From: a virus
Lineage: Duplodnaviria; Caudoviricetes
Reading direction: 5' to 3' (one strand)
Virus record (IMG/VR): IMGVR_UViG_3300035498_000956
Length of the DNA stretch: 64,000 bases
The notes below the pieces were generated by a model, which did not search any database, had not been told where the DNA came from, and saw only the letters and a list, made by a program, of their open reading frames with translations. Below, in pieces: positions 61,339-64,000 of this stretch. The position numbers were made by a program, and so were the translations under genes. Within the stretch, counting starts at the first letter, position 1; the number at the start of each line of letters is the position of its first letter.

Positions 61339-61630
61339 GAGGGGCGGTACCCCTCTAGAGGGGTACCAACTTTTAAATCACTAGAGGGATACTAAATTTT
61401 ACCAACGAGCGGAATAGGGGATAGTATTTTCTACGGCTTTAATTTAGGGGATTGAAAATTTTAAACTGTTTCTCTTTTTCTCTTGATTTTTGGTAAGAAA
61501 TGTATTCACAATTTATTAAAAAAATGTTTACAATTTGTTCATTGACTTTTAGGTCAATTAGGTGTATAATATATACATAAGATAAAACAAAACAACAACC
61601 GCCCTAGAGGGGCAGAAAGTGAGTATTATT

Positions 61631-62071
61631 ATGAAATATACAGTTTATTCTCAAAAGTTTCTATCAAACCCAATCGTTGCATTAGAGACAAACGACTTAA
61701 AAGAAGTAATTGAGTATTACTTCTATTATGGTAAAAACGTTATAGAGTTTAGAAACGAACTAGACAAGGTAATCAAAAAGAATAACGACAAACAAAACCA
61801 AAAGCACCACATCAATATAAAACAATCTCGAGTTAATACTACTGGAATAGACGGCGAAAAGATAAACTTATCAATCAATACACTAATAGAAACATACGTA
61901 CAAATATATGAGTATTACCAAAAAAGTTTTACTATGAACGGAATCGAAAGAAAAATATATGAATATACACTCAAACAGATATGGAAAGTACTACCAAAAC
62001 TTGACGGCGAAATAACAGCAGTACGTAACAATCACGGTGAAATAATAGGAACGTTCGGCACGGAAAAGTAA
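61631..62071 (+). CDS. Hypothetical protein
   Basis: Cassette promoter; gccctagaggggc leader. Confidence 0.65.
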   Translation: MKYTVYSQKFLSNPIVALETNDLKEVIEYYFYYGKNVIEFRNELDKVIKKNNDKQNQKHHINIKQSRVNTTGIDGEKINLSINTLIETYVQIYEYYQKSFTMNGIERKIYEYTLKQIWKVLPKLDGEITAVRNNHGEIIGTFGTEK

Positions 62072-62275
62072 ATAAAAAAGCAACCTAGAGGAGTACTCCT
62101 CTAGGACTTGCGAAACGTTAAAAGAAAATTACTAGTATTTACCTTAATAAATTTATTAATAAATGTTCACAAATTGTTTACAATTAAAAACTTGACATTC
62201 TCTCTTGATTATGGTATAATATAATTACAGTAAAGGAAAGAAAACAAAACCAACAGAAAGGTTAAAGGTGATTGT

Positions 62276-62488
62276 ATGAAAATCAAAGAAATGTTAACAA
62301 TGGTAGGAACTCTAGAGACTATAAGCATTATAAAAGAGGTTGATTATCTCGATAAAGAAATCTATTTCGGCGGAAAAGAAAAAATGCCCAAAGAATACCA
62401 AGACCTAGAGGTGCGACAAATACGAGCAGTCGCAACAGAGGTCTACCAATCAGAAGACTTGATTACCTTAGAAATAATAACGAAATAA
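62276..62488 (+). CDS. MK(I/L)K-family small protein
   Basis: Paralog of 50500; terminator at 62490-62520. Confidence 0.7.
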   Translation: MKIKEMLTMVGTLETISIIKEVDYLDKEIYFGGKEKMPKEYQDLEVRQIRAVATEVYQSEDLITLEIITK

Positions 62489-62822
62489 AAAAGAGGTGGG
62501 AGAAATCCCACCTCTTTTTATTACTTTAGAACTAACAAAAATTACCATCTGCTGAAAGCCTAGAGGGAAATTTAAAATTTCCATCTCCTACCATCCCTAG
62601 AGGAGCGAAAAAAATTTTTCTTATTATCACTGTGGAATTAACAAAAATTGGAAGCAAGCGGTCCTAAAGGAGCGGTCCTAGAGGAGCACGATTTATCGCT
62701 TTAGTGTGCTAAAGCGTCGCCCGATCGGCGGCCAGGATCAGCCGCCAGTGCTGGGACTGGTAAGCTCTACCAGCCAGCGGCGCGGCAGCGCTCCGCCGTG
62801 AGCCTAGGCCACGGAGCACCGC

Positions 62823-62912
62823 TCACGAGCTGGAAAAAATTTTCCAGCTCCTCGCAGCTCCAGCTCCTCGCAGCTCCTCTAGGAGCTTCCAGCTCCTTCC
62901 AGCTCCAGCTCA
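62823..62912 (+). repeat. CCAGCT(C) array 4
   Basis: ccagctcc units. Confidence 0.75.
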
Positions 62913-63033
62913 TTTACCAATTTTCTGGAAATGGTAATGTTTTCCAGAATTGGAAAAAAATTTCCAATTTTCAATTGGAAATTTCTACCAGTATGCGGAG
63001 TTGTCAAAATTGGCATCTTATACCAATTTTGAA

Positions 63034-63204
63034 CTGTACTAGTCACCATAGAACAGTGCTGTACTAGTCACCATAGAACAGTGCTGTACTAGTCACCATA
63101 GAACAGTGCTGTACTAGTTGCCGTAGAACAGTGCTGTACTAGTTGCCGTAGAACAGTGCTGTACTAGTTGCCGTAGAACAGTGCTGTACTAGTTGCCGTA
63201 GAAC
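63034..63204. repeat. 25-bp tandem repeat, about 7 copies in two variants
   Basis: ctgtactagtcaccatagaacagtg x3, then ctgtactagttgccgtagaacagtg x3 plus a partial copy. Confidence 0.95.
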
Positions 63205-63429
63205 GGCTGACTGTATACTATTATAGTCTAAATTTAACCCCTTATACTATTATAATAGTATAAAACCAACAGAAAAAACGTTCATAATTTTTTAATTGAT
63301 TGTTAACAAATTGTTTACAATTAAAATGTTGACATTTCCGCCCTAGTATGCTATAATGTAAGTACAGTAAAGGAAACAAACCAAAGACTAAACCGCCCAC
63401 TGGTACAGTGTGGGAGAAAGTAGGAAATT

Positions 63430-63801
63430 ATGAAAACAATAGGAACAGTAAGCGAAATCAAAGAGTTTAAGAAAAGCGTTGACTACGTAGACGGCAAAAG
63501 AGTCGTAGAGTGGGTATACATGGTGACTAGGGACTGTAAAATGTTCTCTACAAGAGAAGAAGCAAAAAAACACCTAAGATACCTAAAGGATAAGCAAGCA
63601 AGACAATGGAAGAAAGTCACCAAAGCATACATGGAAGACAAAATCGACTGGATAATCCTCCCCGAACATGACTACCACTTTACAGTGGTAACAAACCTAG
63701 AAACTAACGAAAAAGGCTGGTGCAAGCTAGAAGGCACTAAACCATATCAACGAAAAGAGGCAATAATAAAAGCCTTTAAGGAATTAAACATTAAGGACTA
63801 A
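63430..63801 (+). CDS. Hypothetical protein (paralog of 60979)
   Basis: Cassette unit. Confidence 0.75.
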   Translation: MKTIGTVSEIKEFKKSVDYVDGKRVVEWVYMVTRDCKMFSTREEAKKHLRYLKDKQARQWKKVTKAYMEDKIDWIILPEHDYHFTVVTNLETNEKGWCKLEGTKPYQRKEAIIKAFKELNIKD

Positions 63802-63804
63802 AGA

Positions 63805-63840
63805 AAAAAGCGTATTTCGTAAGAAATACGCTTTTTTTTC
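63805..63840 (+). terminator. Intrinsic terminator (likely bidirectional)
   Basis: aaaaagcgtatttc/gaaatacgcttttt. Confidence 0.8.
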
Positions 63841-63846
63841 GCCCGT

Positions 63847-64000
63847 CTAAGCAGTACCCTAAGCCTAAGCAGTAGCCTAAGCAGTACCCTAAGCCTAAGC
63901 AGTAGCCTAAGCAGTACCCTAAGCAGTACCCTAAGCCTAAGCAGTACCCTAAGCCTAAGCCTAAGCCTAAGCAGTACCCTAGAGGTACCCTAAGCCTAAG
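63847..64000. repeat. CTAAGC / CTAAGCAGTA(C/G)C microsatellite-like repeat running off the window
   Basis: Alternating 6- and 12-bp units. Confidence 0.9.

Larger units (their letters stand above)
47270..63430 (+). promoter_or_regulatory. Dispersed cassette element B: CTAGAGG palindrome + TTGACA-17-TATAAT + aagtacagtaaagga + ccgcccac..gtgggagaaag leader
   Basis: About 20 related intergenic units. Confidence 0.85.

Noticed and set aside
46508-63067. ORFs 46508, 48392, 48612, 52760, 53025, 53053 and 62798
   Set aside because: Low-complexity translations of the CCAGCT arrays, with no RBS or promoter
63034-63204. CRISPR array
   Set aside because: The repeats are contiguous with no unique spacers, and no cas genes are present
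1-64000. Stop-codon recoding or a diversity-generating retroelement
   Set aside because: Genes are intact in code 11 with all three stop codons used; no reverse transcriptase or adenine-specific TR/VR pair was seen

Overview
AT-rich fragment of a large tailed phage, probably infecting Clostridia. A dockerin in the endolysin hints at a Ruminococcus-like host (inference). Genes lie almost entirely on the + strand. 1-10.7 kb is the end of a late module: a YadA-like repeat adhesin/tail fibre, a GH25-dockerin-M15 endolysin, an amidase-like protein and a holin. 10.7-22 kb holds DNA/RNA metabolism genes: a UvrD-like helicase, a ThyX-like protein, Pnk-HD, a DUF2828/TROVE-like protein followed by an anticodon-less tRNA-like RNA and small hairpins, a phosphoesterase, an Rnl1-type RNA ligase and an HPr-like protein. 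22-43 kb contains many small genes, each behind a near-consensus sigmaA promoter with a shared leader; these include seven paralogous minimal protein-kinase-like genes and a stand-alone BrxL-like ATPase. 43-45 kb has 22-bp iteron-like arrays and a double winged-helix Rep-like gene. 45-64 kb is a highly repetitive, cassette-like region. Each gene there sits in a unit of CTAGAGG palindrome, promoter, covarying leader hairpin with RBS, and ORF. Some units have no ORF. This region also has strand-biased CCAGCT arrays, cre-like operators, ~4.3-4.6 kb block duplications, several paralog families and terminal tandem repeats. The best candidates for undescribed systems are the kinase array, the gene-cassette array and the DUF2828-associated tRNA-like/hairpin RNAs. 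All family assignments and motif counts were made by eye, without database searches.
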